Below are positions 47,161 to 55,747 of a DNA stretch of 64,000 nt, one piece after another (the first letter of the stretch is position 1; every line of letters begins with the position of its first letter). A program made the position numbers and the translations under genes. Below the pieces are notes generated by a model. It saw only the letters and a list, made by a program, of their open reading frames with translations, made no database searches and had not been told where the DNA came from. Source of the DNA: Candidatus Iainarchaeum sp. Its GTDB lineage: Archaea > Iainarchaeota > Iainarchaeia > Iainarchaeales > GCA-2688035. The DNA is taken from the NCBI GenBank assembly GCA_002688035.1, contig NZBU01000009.1:25929-89928 (forward strand), given 5' to 3'.

Positions 47161-47709
47161 ATGGGAAAGACTGCAAAAGTAAAGACCACAGGCCGATTTG
47201 GTTCACGTTACGGAGTGGGCATTAGAAAACGCGTGGTAAAAGTAGAGAAAGTCCAAAAACAAAAACACCGTTGTCCAAAATGTGGTTTTATAAGAGTCAA
47301 AAGGCTCGCAGCCGGAATATACACTTGCACTAAATGCAACATAAAAATTGCAGGCGGAGCATATATTCCTGAGACCATGAGCGGCAGCATTGTAAGAAAA
47401 ATGGTCGCCCAAAAGCAGTTCCTACCCTATATGAAAGATTTGATTGCAAGTAAGGAGCCCGGAGCCAAGGAAGAGGTTTTAGAGGCTGTCGGGGAAAAAG
47501 CTGAATCTGTGGAAGAAAAACCAAAGGCAGAGAAAAAAGTGAAGAAAAAGGCCAAGGCAAAATCCGCGGAGAAAGCCGAGAAGAAAGAGAAAAAGGCAAA
47601 GACTGAGAAAAAGCCTGTGAAGAAAAAGGCAGCTGCAAAGAAAGATGCTAAGCCAAAAAAGGGAAAAAAGGAAAAGAAAGAAAAAAAAAGAAAAGAAAAA
47701 ATGAGGTAA
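47161..47709 (+). CDS. rpl37ae: 50S ribosomal protein L37Ae with a ~100-aa Lys/Ala/Glu-rich C-terminal extension
   Basis: The N-terminal ~85 aa (GRFGSRYGVGIRKR...CPKCG...CTKC) is the L37Ae Zn ribbon. It is followed by KAEKKVKKKAKAKSAEKAEKKEKKAKTEKKP.... Confidence 0.8.
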   Translation: MGKTAKVKTTGRFGSRYGVGIRKRVVKVEKVQKQKHRCPKCGFIRVKRLAAGIYTCTKCNIKIAGGAYIPETMSGSIVRKMVAQKQFLPYMKDLIASKEPGAKEEVLEAVGEKAESVEEKPKAEKKVKKKAKAKSAEKAEKKEKKAKTEKKPVKKKAAAKKDAKPKKGKKEKKEKKRKEKMR

Positions 47710-47720
47710 GGGGTAATTGA

Positions 47721-47852
47721 ATGTATAAATGCGGAAAATGTGGAGAAAAATTTGAGAGCCTTCCGGACGGCATTGTGCGATGCCCCCAGTGTGCCTATAA
47801 GGTTCTTTACAAACTTAGGGATCCTTTGGCAAAAGAAGTAAAAGCACGATAA
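47721..47852 (+). CDS. rpoP: DNA-directed RNA polymerase subunit P (Rpo12/RpoP), 43 aa, absent from the ORF track
   Basis: The product MYKCGKCGEKFESLPDGIVRCPQCAYKVLYKLR is a zinc ribbon. Its position after rpl37ae matches the conserved superoperon order. Confidence 0.75.
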   Translation: MYKCGKCGEKFESLPDGIVRCPQCAYKVLYKLRDPLAKEVKAR

Positions 47853-47854
47853 AA

Positions 47855-48103
47855 ATGAAAGCGGAATATGCTTGCAGTGTAAAACTGCATTTTGACACAA
47901 CAGAACAGGCAGAAAATGTAATGAATGCGATTTTGCCTGATCTCAATTCTGTGCGCAATCATCGCTCGGAAACAGAAATTAAGGTTAATAAAGCTATTCT
48001 AATACTGAATATTAAAGCACAAGATGCGGTTGCATTGAGGGCTTCGATGAATGGCTGTTTAAAATTAATTGGATTGGTTCAGAAAATATTGGAGGTTAGA
48101 TAG
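47855..48103 (+). CDS. pcc1: KEOPS complex subunit Pcc1
   Basis: KAILILNIKAQDAVALRASMNGCLKLIGLVQKILEV matches archaeal Pcc1 (KIILDIKATDSSALRGTVNSYLRWIKAAIDVIEV). Confidence 0.7.
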   Translation: MKAEYACSVKLHFDTTEQAENVMNAILPDLNSVRNHRSETEIKVNKAILILNIKAQDAVALRASMNGCLKLIGLVQKILEVR

Positions 48104-48104
48104 T

Positions 48105-48488
48105 ATGGCTGAAAACATTCAACAACAAATCATGGAGTTTGAGAAGAACAGAAACCAGTTACTTGGTATTTCCGCTCAAAAGCAACAGCTTCAGGTTCAA
48201 AGTCAGACTTTGAAGATAACGCTTGAGGAATTGGATAAAACAACGGAAAAACAGGTGTATAAAGCTACTGGGAATATTCTTATTCTTGCAGACACGGACA
48301 AGGTGAAGAAAGAAACCAAGGAGAAGATGGAAAGTGCTGATCTTAGGTTAAAGACCATTGTGAAGCAGGAAGAAAGTCTTGTTAACAAGCTGAACAAGCT
48401 TAGAAGTGAGATCGAGACTGCCCAAAAAGAATTAATGGGAAACCAGGTAATTCAAGCAGATGATGGAGAGAAGAAAGCCAAGAAGTGA
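48105..48488 (+). CDS. pfdB: prefoldin beta subunit
   Basis: The protein is ~127 aa with a coiled-coil, beta-hairpin, coiled-coil layout. A GGAGGT RBS lies upstream, and the gene is at the superoperon position. Confidence 0.7.
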   Translation: MAENIQQQIMEFEKNRNQLLGISAQKQQLQVQSQTLKITLEELDKTTEKQVYKATGNILILADTDKVKKETKEKMESADLRLKTIVKQEESLVNKLNKLRSEIETAQKELMGNQVIQADDGEKKAKK

Positions 48489-49495
48489 GATATTTGATTT
48501 CACTCTCCAATATCAAAAATAAGAATATTTTTTTGATAACACATAGTGGTGCCGACGTGGATGCTATTGCATCCGCTGGTGCACTTTCCCTAATTCTCGA
48601 AGAAAATAATTCGGTGCAGATAGCTGTTCCGGAACACATTGCAATTCCTGCGAAAAAACTCGCGAAAAAAGCAGGAATCAACTATAAGATTAGCCCGAAT
48701 TTTGGCCAAGCGGATACAATAATTCTCCTTGATTTTAACTCTTGGGATATGGTTGGGGGTATGGCTCCAGCTATAAAGGCTTTTAGTGGGAAAAAGTATC
48801 TTGTTGACCATCACACTAAGAGTTCAGACCAACTTGTTCCAAGCAAAAACACTTGGGTTGAAGCTGAAGCGGTTGCAACCTGCATAATGATTTATAATTG
48901 GGCAAAAAGTTCTAAGATTGCCCTTGGTAAAGAGGCCGCTGCACTACTTGCAGCAGGCATTACTGCCGACTCAGCCCACTTCCTCATAGCAGATGCAAAC
49001 ACTTTTCTTGCAATGTCCGAACTGTTGCGAATGGGTGAGAACAAATTTTCTCAGATTCTTGAATTTTTAAGAGTAGAGCGTGATTTTAGTGAGAAAATTG
49101 CAATGTTAAAAGCTGCAAAAAGAAGCAGGATATTCAAGCTCGGGAATTTCATTGCGGTTATTTCAGAGGTTGGTGCCTTTGAGGCAGACTCAGCAAATGC
49201 CCTTATAAGGATAGGTGCGGATCTTGCTTTTGCAGGTAATAGTGAGAATAACGAGCTCAAAATTAGTGGGAGGGCAAGCCAAAGCGTACAGAAAAAGGCA
49301 GGATTAGATCTTGCAAAAGATGTTTTCCAGCCCCTTGGAAAATTTTTTGAGGGAAGCGGGGGAGGCCATGCTGGAGCCGCAGGCTTCAATGGAAAGAATG
49401 CGAGTGCTTCCAAAGCACTTCTAAAATGCGTTGAACTTTCAAAGAAAAGCATTGCAAGGAAAGTTCCAAAGCTACAACTAAAAGAATACACTTAG
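48485..49495 (+). CDS. DHH/DHHA1 phosphoesterase (NrnA/RecJ-like)
   Basis: The motifs HSGADVDAIAS and LVDHH are present, with a DHHA1-like GGGH at the C-terminus. Confidence 0.7.
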   Translation: MRYLISLSNIKNKNIFLITHSGADVDAIASAGALSLILEENNSVQIAVPEHIAIPAKKLAKKAGINYKISPNFGQADTIILLDFNSWDMVGGMAPAIKAFSGKKYLVDHHTKSSDQLVPSKNTWVEAEAVATCIMIYNWAKSSKIALGKEAAALLAAGITADSAHFLIADANTFLAMSELLRMGENKFSQILEFLRVERDFSEKIAMLKAAKRSRIFKLGNFIAVISEVGAFEADSANALIRIGADLAFAGNSENNELKISGRASQSVQKKAGLDLAKDVFQPLGKFFEGSGGGHAGAAGFNGKNASASKALLKCVELSKKSIARKVPKLQLKEYT

Positions 49496-50166
49496 CGGTG
49501 GTAGTCCACAGCTTTTAACAAATCCTTAACACTTTTTAGCTCGTGATCAGCTTTATTGGTTCCCTTCATCAGTTGCCCATATTTTGCAAGGGCTGTGTGC
49601 ATTCCGCTTTGCTTTGCTCCCTTAATATCTCTTCCAGGATTATCGCCGACAAAAAGAAGCTCCTTTGGATTTAAACCAAGTTTTTCTATTGCTTGTTTGA
49701 ATGGCATCTGGCTTGGTTTTAATTGACCAGTATCTTCTAATGCAATCACAACATCAAAGAACTCAACAAGATTCATCTCAGCCAAGCGCAACCAGGCCTG
49801 CAACCTTGGTGCATCGGAAACTATTCCAAGTTTTAGGCCCCGCTCTTTAAGTTTTATTAGGGTTTCTCTCACATGGGGGTAGGGTACAAGTTGGCCTGCC
49901 TTAACTCGTCTGTAAGCTGCGATGCCTGCTGCTAAAATCTTGTAATCTATTTCCCCCATCACTGTTTTCAAAAAGCTCTCAAAGATAGTCTGGTTTTCTA
50001 TTCCAACGGTTTTATACATTTTAAACAATTTTTTTGTAGCCTTCTTCTCATCCAAAGGTAGACCAGCCTCAATCATAGAGTGAATGGCTGCCTCACTGCA
50101 AGCCTCCTTCATCCTCATAAAATCAACGAGGGTATTATCCAAATCAAACAAAACAGCTTTCAACAT
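49492..50166 (-). CDS. HAD-superfamily hydrolase/phosphatase
   Basis: It has the N-terminal motif FDLDNTLVD and the later HAD motifs (GIVSD, VGDNPGRDI). Confidence 0.7.
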   Translation of the reverse strand: MLKAVLFDLDNTLVDFMRMKEACSEAAIHSMIEAGLPLDEKKATKKLFKMYKTVGIENQTIFESFLKTVMGEIDYKILAAGIAAYRRVKAGQLVPYPHVRETLIKLKERGLKLGIVSDAPRLQAWLRLAEMNLVEFFDVVIALEDTGQLKPSQMPFKQAIEKLGLNPKELLFVGDNPGRDIKGAKQSGMHTALAKYGQLMKGTNKADHELKSVKDLLKAVDYHR

Positions 50167-50227
50167 GATTTATCCTATAATTCGAACCCAGTTATCATTT
50201 TATTACTTTTCGTGCATTCGTTTTTTG

Positions 50228-50350
50228 ATGAAGTGCCCAAAGTGTGGATCCAAAATGATTCGTGTGGATATTCCCCAAGTTGAGGGTGGCAGGATAACTT
50301 CCTGGGTTGAGTGCCCAAAATGCCGCTTCAGAACACAAGAGGAACAATGA
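50228..50350 (+). CDS. small zinc-ribbon protein (40 aa)
   Basis: The product is MKCPKCGSKMIRVD...CPKCRF, with two CxxC pairs. Confidence 0.35.
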   Translation: MKCPKCGSKMIRVDIPQVEGGRITSWVECPKCRFRTQEEQ

Positions 50351-50356
50351 TTCCAA

Positions 50357-51004
50357 GTGTCTTCCCAGATTTCTTCCAACCTGCAGAATATAACCGCTCA
50401 AATAGATGCATCCTGTTCAAAGGTAGGCCGAACACCAAATGTTTCAATTCTCGCAGCGACCAAAGGTCGTTCAATAGAACAGATTAAAGAAGCAGCTTCG
50501 CTCGGAATCACTCTCTTTGGCGAAAACTATTTGCAGGAAGCAGAGAAAAAAATCACTGCTTTCCCTAATATGGAATGGCACTTTATTGGTCATCTTCAAA
50601 GTAACAAAGCAAAAAAAGCAGTTGAACTATTCAACTGTATTCAATCGGTTGACTCTGCAAAGCTTGCGAGCAAAATTAGTGATGCCGCAGAAAAACCTTT
50701 CCCTATTTTTCTTGAAGTGAACATTGGTTCAGAGGAAAGCAAGTTTGGTGTGCTTCCTGAGAACATTCCTTCTTTTTACAATGAGGTAAAAGATTTGCCA
50801 AACCTTGCGATTCGCGGTTTGATGTGCATGGCCCCATTCATTGACAAGGAGCAAACTCGCTCATACTTCCAAAACATGAAACAGCTTGCGCAGCAGCTTT
50901 CCCTTAAAGAACTTAGCATGGGAATGAGTAACGATTATCCTATTGCAATTGAAGAGGGTGCAACAATAGTGCGTTTAGGCACAGTTCTCTTTGGCGCAAG
51001 ATAA
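50357..51004 (+). CDS. YggS/PLPHP-family pyridoxal-phosphate-binding protein
   Basis: It has an alanine-racemase-N-like TIM barrel, with ILAATKGRS and the C-terminal ELSMGMSNDY. Confidence 0.7.
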   Translation: MSSQISSNLQNITAQIDASCSKVGRTPNVSILAATKGRSIEQIKEAASLGITLFGENYLQEAEKKITAFPNMEWHFIGHLQSNKAKKAVELFNCIQSVDSAKLASKISDAAEKPFPIFLEVNIGSEESKFGVLPENIPSFYNEVKDLPNLAIRGLMCMAPFIDKEQTRSYFQNMKQLAQQLSLKELSMGMSNDYPIAIEEGATIVRLGTVLFGAR

Positions 51005-51047
51005 AAAAAATAAAAAAGAAGGGAGAAAGGCCAAAGGCCTTTTCCAT

Positions 51048-52778
51048 TTACTGCCCTGTTAAGAACTTTACAAGAGCTTCCAGGATATTTGGTGCGGCAG
51101 ACTGTTCAGGGGCTTTCTCACCCACTATTTCCGCGGCCTTTATTATTCCCCTGATTGGTTCTGTTGGACAGTCTTTTGCCTCAAAACCATCAGTGCACAC
51201 CTTTACTTCACATCCATTTGCACTCTCATAGGTCTTACATTCTACTGTTGATTCCTCTGTTTCTTCTTCCGGACAATCTTTTATTTCATAGCCATCAGTG
51301 CACTCCTTTATCTTACACCCGGCGTCATTAGTGTACTCCTTACACTCTACATCTGTTTCTTCTTCCGGACAATCTTTTACACTGTAACCGTTTGTACACT
51401 CTTTTACTTTACAGCCGTCCTCGTTCTCATACACCTTACACTCAATATCTTCGGTGCTGTCAGGACAAACTTTCTCTTTATCTCCGTTTGTGCACTCCTT
51501 TATTTTGCATCCGTTTTCAGTCTCATACTCTTTGCACTCAACAATTTCTCCAGGACATCTAACAAGTTCCTCTCCGTTTGTGCATGACTTTACTTTACAT
51601 CCGTCATCTCTCTCGTAGACTTTACACTCTACATCTTCTGTAGGGCAATCTCTAGTTTCATAGCCATTACTGCACCTTTTCACAGTGCATCCCTGCTCGT
51701 CCCTAAACTTCTTGCATTCTACGACAGGACAGACGTTTTGTAGTTTGCATGAGTTGAAAGTGTAACCGTCTGTGCATGATATCACAATACAGTCCCCTTC
51801 AACATATTTTTTGCACTCCACAGTGTCTGTTGTGGGTGGCTCCGCACAATTCACTTGTCTACATCCCTTGCTATCAACATAGGTTTCGTATTCAAGCTTG
51901 CGGTTCCTGCATGCATCTATCTTTCTGTCGATTGTACGTTCGTCAGGACAAATTATACCTGTTTTGATACACTCTATTTGTGCACAACTTGTTCCATCAA
52001 CATACTTTTGGTAGTCCATGCCTTGTACCCTGCATTTGGAGATTTGTCTGCCAATTTCTTCATCACTTGGACAAATTCTTTCTCTGCAGCGCGCCTGCCT
52101 ACAGTTGGCAGAATCTACATAGAACTGGTAGTCGAGTCCGCGAGCCTTACACTTGCGGATCATTGATTCAAGTGCGTTTCCTGTTGGGCAAGACGTTGTT
52201 GACTCAATACACTTAACATATTCACAGCCGTCTTCCACATAGTAAAGCCAAGGGGCGAGACTGTACTCTCCGCCCTTTACCTCTTTGCATGCCGCAACTT
52301 TGGCATCATTTTCTTCTTCGGTAGGGCATGAGCTCACAGGCGGTTTCACACACTCGATTTGCCTACAGCCTGAATTATCTGTAAATGTTTCATAGCCATA
52401 GCCAGCCTCTTTACATCTTACAATTTCTTGTTCAAGTTTTTCGCTTGTAGGGCAGACAATTGGTTTTATGCAGTTCACATATTTACAACCGTTCTCTTCA
52501 ATGTATATTTTGTACTGCATGTCATCTAGTTTACAAGCTCTTATTTTGTTTTCAATCTCTGTTTCCGAGGCGCAGATACTATTACACATACCCTCATACG
52601 CTACTTTAACCCCAGCAACATCAGCAAAACAATCATTACTGTATGTTTTATCATTTACTCCACAGACAGGATCATACTGTGCTGTGCATATAGTGTCCTG
52701 AGTCTCTACTGTTTCAGCACTAGTGGCTGCTAGTAGTAATACAAAAAACACTGCACTAAATCCAATTCTCTTATTCAT
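51048..52778 (-). CDS. secreted cysteine-rich multi-repeat protein with an N-terminal Kazal-like domain
   Basis: A signal peptide is present. CTAQYDPVCGVNDKTYSNDCF...GMC fits the Kazal core, including PVCG and KTY-N-C. About 6 repeats of ~45 aa follow, then about 7 repeats of ~27 aa of the form ECKxYExxDGCKVKxCTNGxExKDCP. Confidence 0.6.
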   Translation of the reverse strand: MNKRIGFSAVFFVLLLAATSAETVETQDTICTAQYDPVCGVNDKTYSNDCFADVAGVKVAYEGMCNSICASETEIENKIRACKLDDMQYKIYIEENGCKYVNCIKPIVCPTSEKLEQEIVRCKEAGYGYETFTDNSGCRQIECVKPPVSSCPTEEENDAKVAACKEVKGGEYSLAPWLYYVEDGCEYVKCIESTTSCPTGNALESMIRKCKARGLDYQFYVDSANCRQARCRERICPSDEEIGRQISKCRVQGMDYQKYVDGTSCAQIECIKTGIICPDERTIDRKIDACRNRKLEYETYVDSKGCRQVNCAEPPTTDTVECKKYVEGDCIVISCTDGYTFNSCKLQNVCPVVECKKFRDEQGCTVKRCSNGYETRDCPTEDVECKVYERDDGCKVKSCTNGEELVRCPGEIVECKEYETENGCKIKECTNGDKEKVCPDSTEDIECKVYENEDGCKVKECTNGYSVKDCPEEETDVECKEYTNDAGCKIKECTDGYEIKDCPEEETEESTVECKTYESANGCEVKVCTDGFEAKDCPTEPIRGIIKAAEIVGEKAPEQSAAPNILEALVKFLTGQ

Positions 52779-52858
52779 TGATTAACCTCCTATTAGCAAG
52801 ACAAATATCTTATTTAAAGTAGGCCTTTATTGTTTAAATAGCTTTTGGAATGCTTAGT

Positions 52859-53182
52859 CTAACGCAGATTCTTTAGTTTTACAAAACAGTTGTCGCAAAT
52901 GAATTTTTCGCTAAAGTCTATTCCAATTTCGCTCTTGTTTTCGCAGAGAGCACAATCTCTTCCAGCGCTTTCTTCTTTGAAATCGCTTGCCCAATCGTAG
53001 AGCAAATCCCATGAAACCCATCTTGGGAGAAAAAGTTCAGCCATAACTTTTTTGTCATTCTGATGAATGCGCTTGAGTTGCGAGGGCATAACTTTTTTCC
53101 GCAGCCCCCTGAGAAACTTTACTCTATCCACTACTCCCTTGCGTGTGAACTCCAATATTGTTTCATCAAAAAGTTTTCCCAT
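52859..53182 (-). CDS. hypothetical protein with a C-terminal Cys4 zinc ribbon
   Basis: The C-terminus carries CALCEN...CDNCF. Confidence 0.3.
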   Translation of the reverse strand: MGKLFDETILEFTRKGVVDRVKFLRGLRKKVMPSQLKRIHQNDKKVMAELFLPRWVSWDLLYDWASDFKEESAGRDCALCENKSEIGIDFSEKFICDNCFVKLKNLR

Positions 53183-53186
53183 TTCA

Positions 53187-53597
53187 TCACTTCAAATAAA
53201 TTGTCGTGTCTCCTTTTTTAATCTTGTCCCGGTGGGCATAGTTCACAAGATAGTGCACCGTGCTTTTTGGCACGTCTGTCAAACGCTCTATCTCGCGCAG
53301 GCTTTGGTAATCCTTTCTGAGTTCAATAACCTTGACCATTTTTTCCAGCGGAACAGCAATTGCCCTGCCCCTCTTTGACTCAACTTCCACTCTAATTCCA
53401 TACTTTTCAAAAAGTTTCCTGCTTTTATGAGGGAGTCTTTTGAAACAGCTTTTGCTCATGCTCACATCCCTGCACTGTGGACACTTGCCCAAAACCTTTT
53501 CAAGTTTCTTTAACTCAACAGGCCGGACAAGGTGAATTCCATTAGTCTCGATAGGAATGCTCCCCACGGGGGTTTCAGGATATAATGCTAACTTCAT
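53187..53597 (-). CDS. hypothetical zinc-finger plus HTH protein
   Basis: A CPQCR...SKSCF zinc knuckle is followed by a resolvase-like HTH, SLREIERLTDVPKSTVHYLV. Confidence 0.3.
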   Translation of the reverse strand: MKLALYPETPVGSIPIETNGIHLVRPVELKKLEKVLGKCPQCRDVSMSKSCFKRLPHKSRKLFEKYGIRVEVESKRGRAIAVPLEKMVKVIELRKDYQSLREIERLTDVPKSTVHYLVNYAHRDKIKKGDTTIYLK

Positions 53598-54592
53598 TCC
53601 TTCACTCTCTTTATTCTCTTTTTTATTTTAGAACCCAAATTTCCCAAACCCTTTTTGCCTGTTGAAATAGTGGCATACTTTAAGCCTGAAATAATCTCGC
53701 TTCTGTAAGGCCGCTCTTTCACAATTTTGTAGCTTCCGTCCTTTCTCTCTTCAACGAACGGGCCAGCCCAAACAACATTGCTCCTGTCCCTTAGCGCGGC
53801 AATAATCTTTTCAGCATTAAGCTTTTGCTTTCTCATCTTAATCTTGAGTATTCCAGAGCCGATTCGCGATGCAGAGTGCGCATCACTCCCGGCAGTTATG
53901 AATGAGGCGCTTCCGCCGAGTTCTATTGGCTTTGTGCATCTCTCTGCAACTTCCCTGCTTTTAATATCAAGCTTCTTCCTAATCTTCTTCCCAATTTTAT
54001 CCAACCTTGCTTTCCTTGTTATTCTGTTTTTCTCCAAAAAATCCAAAAAGTTTAACGGCTTTCTGACCCAGTCAGTCCCATAAACAAAACTGCCGACATG
54101 CCCCATCATTCCGTTGAATGCCTCAACCCCAATATCATTTTCTTTCACAAACCTCGTAAGCCTCTTTTCCCCTAAAAGGGAGTAAGCACTATCATACTTG
54201 AAGCCCCAGGGATGAGCAATGCTGAGCAAAACATTGTTTTTCTTTGCAATCTTAATGGCCTTCTTTATATCAACCCCTTTCTTCATCAAAGGCGCCAGTT
54301 TATATATGCTTGGAGACGCACTCAAAGCAACAACATGCCCAATGCTTGTGTTCAGTTCCATGCCGGGGATAAGCACGACGTTCCTTGGCTTGTTCTTTGA
54401 AACAGTTTCAAAAGCCAGTTTAGGATCCTCTTCAATGTGCTCTGTAATCGCAACAACATCGAGTTTCCTCTTCTTCACTCTTCCCCAGTATTCCTCACTC
54501 TTAATCTTCTTCTCAAGCAAGTGAGTGTGCAGGTCCATAGTCAAAATAGCCATAATTAAATCAAAGCAGTAAAAGTTTTTAAGCAGAAACAC
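53594..54592 (-). CDS. PHP-domain phosphoesterase (second paralog in the window)
   Basis: The motifs MDLHTHLL and VVAITEHIE are present, with later His and Asp ligands. Confidence 0.55.
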   Translation of the reverse strand: MFLLKNFYCFDLIMAILTMDLHTHLLEKKIKSEEYWGRVKKRKLDVVAITEHIEEDPKLAFETVSKNKPRNVVLIPGMELNTSIGHVVALSASPSIYKLAPLMKKGVDIKKAIKIAKKNNVLLSIAHPWGFKYDSAYSLLGEKRLTRFVKENDIGVEAFNGMMGHVGSFVYGTDWVRKPLNFLDFLEKNRITRKARLDKIGKKIRKKLDIKSREVAERCTKPIELGGSASFITAGSDAHSASRIGSGILKIKMRKQKLNAEKIIAALRDRSNVVWAGPFVEERKDGSYKIVKERPYRSEIISGLKYATISTGKKGLGNLGSKIKKRIKRVKE

Positions 54593-54605
54593 CGTATTCT
54601 ACTCT

Positions 54606-55304
54606 ATGTTATTGCCCTTTGTACTGGCGTTTATTCTGGCTTTGCTGCACTTTTTCAGCGAAGAGTACAGCGAAAAAATTGAGAAACATCACACAAAGCT
54701 AATATCTTTTTCAGCAGGGCTTTTCATAACCTTTATTTTCCTTGATCTCTTTCCAGAATTTTTTAAGGGAAGCGCTTTTGTTGGGGACAACATTTTCCTC
54801 GCAATGCTCATCGGTTTCATCTTGTTTCACTTAGGCGAAAAATATGTGTACCAACATATAACCAACAAGCGCGAGCTCCTGACCGATCTCAAGGAAATCC
54901 ACGTAATCGGATTTTTCATTGACCACTTCACAGTTGGTTTGGCCCTATACTTTGCTTTGAGTGTTTCAGACTACTTGTTTGGAATAATAATCTTCATTCC
55001 ATTGGTCTTACACACTATTTCAAGTTCTCTAAGTCTAAATCATCTTGACGAAGTCTACAACCGGAAAAGCCCGTTTGGTTTACTACTGTCACTATCCCCT
55101 GTAATTGGTGTAGCAGTTGCATTTTTCCTCAATCCAGCTAAGGATATTTACTACCTCTTATTCTCGTTCGTTATTGGCGCGCTGCTTTATGTGGTGATAA
55201 GAGATATGATTCCCCAAGGGAAGAAAGGAAGCCTGCCTGCCTTTGTGTTTGGTTTTCTCTTAAGTCTTGTAATTCTTTCCGCAAGAAACCTTATAGTGAT
55301 CTAG
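54606..55304 (+). CDS. polytopic membrane protein, possibly a ZIP-family metal transporter
   Basis: It has 7 to 8 TM helices. His-containing TM segments (FHLGEKY, FIDHFTVGLAL) weakly resemble ZIP motifs. Confidence 0.35.
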   Translation: MLLPFVLAFILALLHFFSEEYSEKIEKHHTKLISFSAGLFITFIFLDLFPEFFKGSAFVGDNIFLAMLIGFILFHLGEKYVYQHITNKRELLTDLKEIHVIGFFIDHFTVGLALYFALSVSDYLFGIIIFIPLVLHTISSSLSLNHLDEVYNRKSPFGLLLSLSPVIGVAVAFFLNPAKDIYYLLFSFVIGALLYVVIRDMIPQGKKGSLPAFVFGFLLSLVILSARNLIVI

Positions 55305-55426
55305 ATGAACTTTGGATTGAAAGTGCTGCCGATTCTCCTCAAGCAAAAACATATAAAAACTCTAATTCTGGCATGCCAGAGTCTAAACACAATATTTTTA
55401 TATAACCTGCTTGTTTCTCCTATTGG

Positions 55427-55747
55427 ATGCATACAAATTCTGCCAAGCCAGAAGTTTTGCACAACTTGAATAGTTCTACCCTTTCTCAAAAAGAACAAGA
55501 TATATTTGCCCTTATCCTTGAATCCTGGCCAACATCTGCTGTGGAGATAGCGGAGCATTTTGGAGAAGATCTTTCTTCCAGAGAATCCAAAAAGAAAGCA
55601 AGCACCAAATACTCCTACTATTTGCAAAAGCTTGTTGAAAAACACCTTTTGATGAGCAAGCGTGTTGGCAACGCGCTAATTGTCTGGCCGGTTCGCGCGG
55701 AAAAACTTCGCACAATCCACAATATTCTTGAGAACGAGGTGCAATAA
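55427..55747 (+). CDS. wHTH regulator (same family as the N-termini of 61808 and 62665), operonic with a V4R protein
   Basis: QDIFALILESWPTSAVEIAEHFG...YYLQKLVEKHLL parallels LIIRVLSESWPLSVKEIY...VLNELVEEKIL. Confidence 0.5.
   Translation: MHTNSAKPEVLHNLNSSTLSQKEQDIFALILESWPTSAVEIAEHFGEDLSSRESKKKASTKYSYYLQKLVEKHLLMSKRVGNALIVWPVRAEKLRTIHNILENEVQ

Noticed and set aside
47427-47900. 157-aa minus-strand ORF with poly-Phe/Ser repeats overlapping the L37Ae tail and RpoP
   Set aside because: It is an antisense artefact of the AAG/GAA-rich lysine-tail coding sequence. It conflicts with three well-supported + strand genes.
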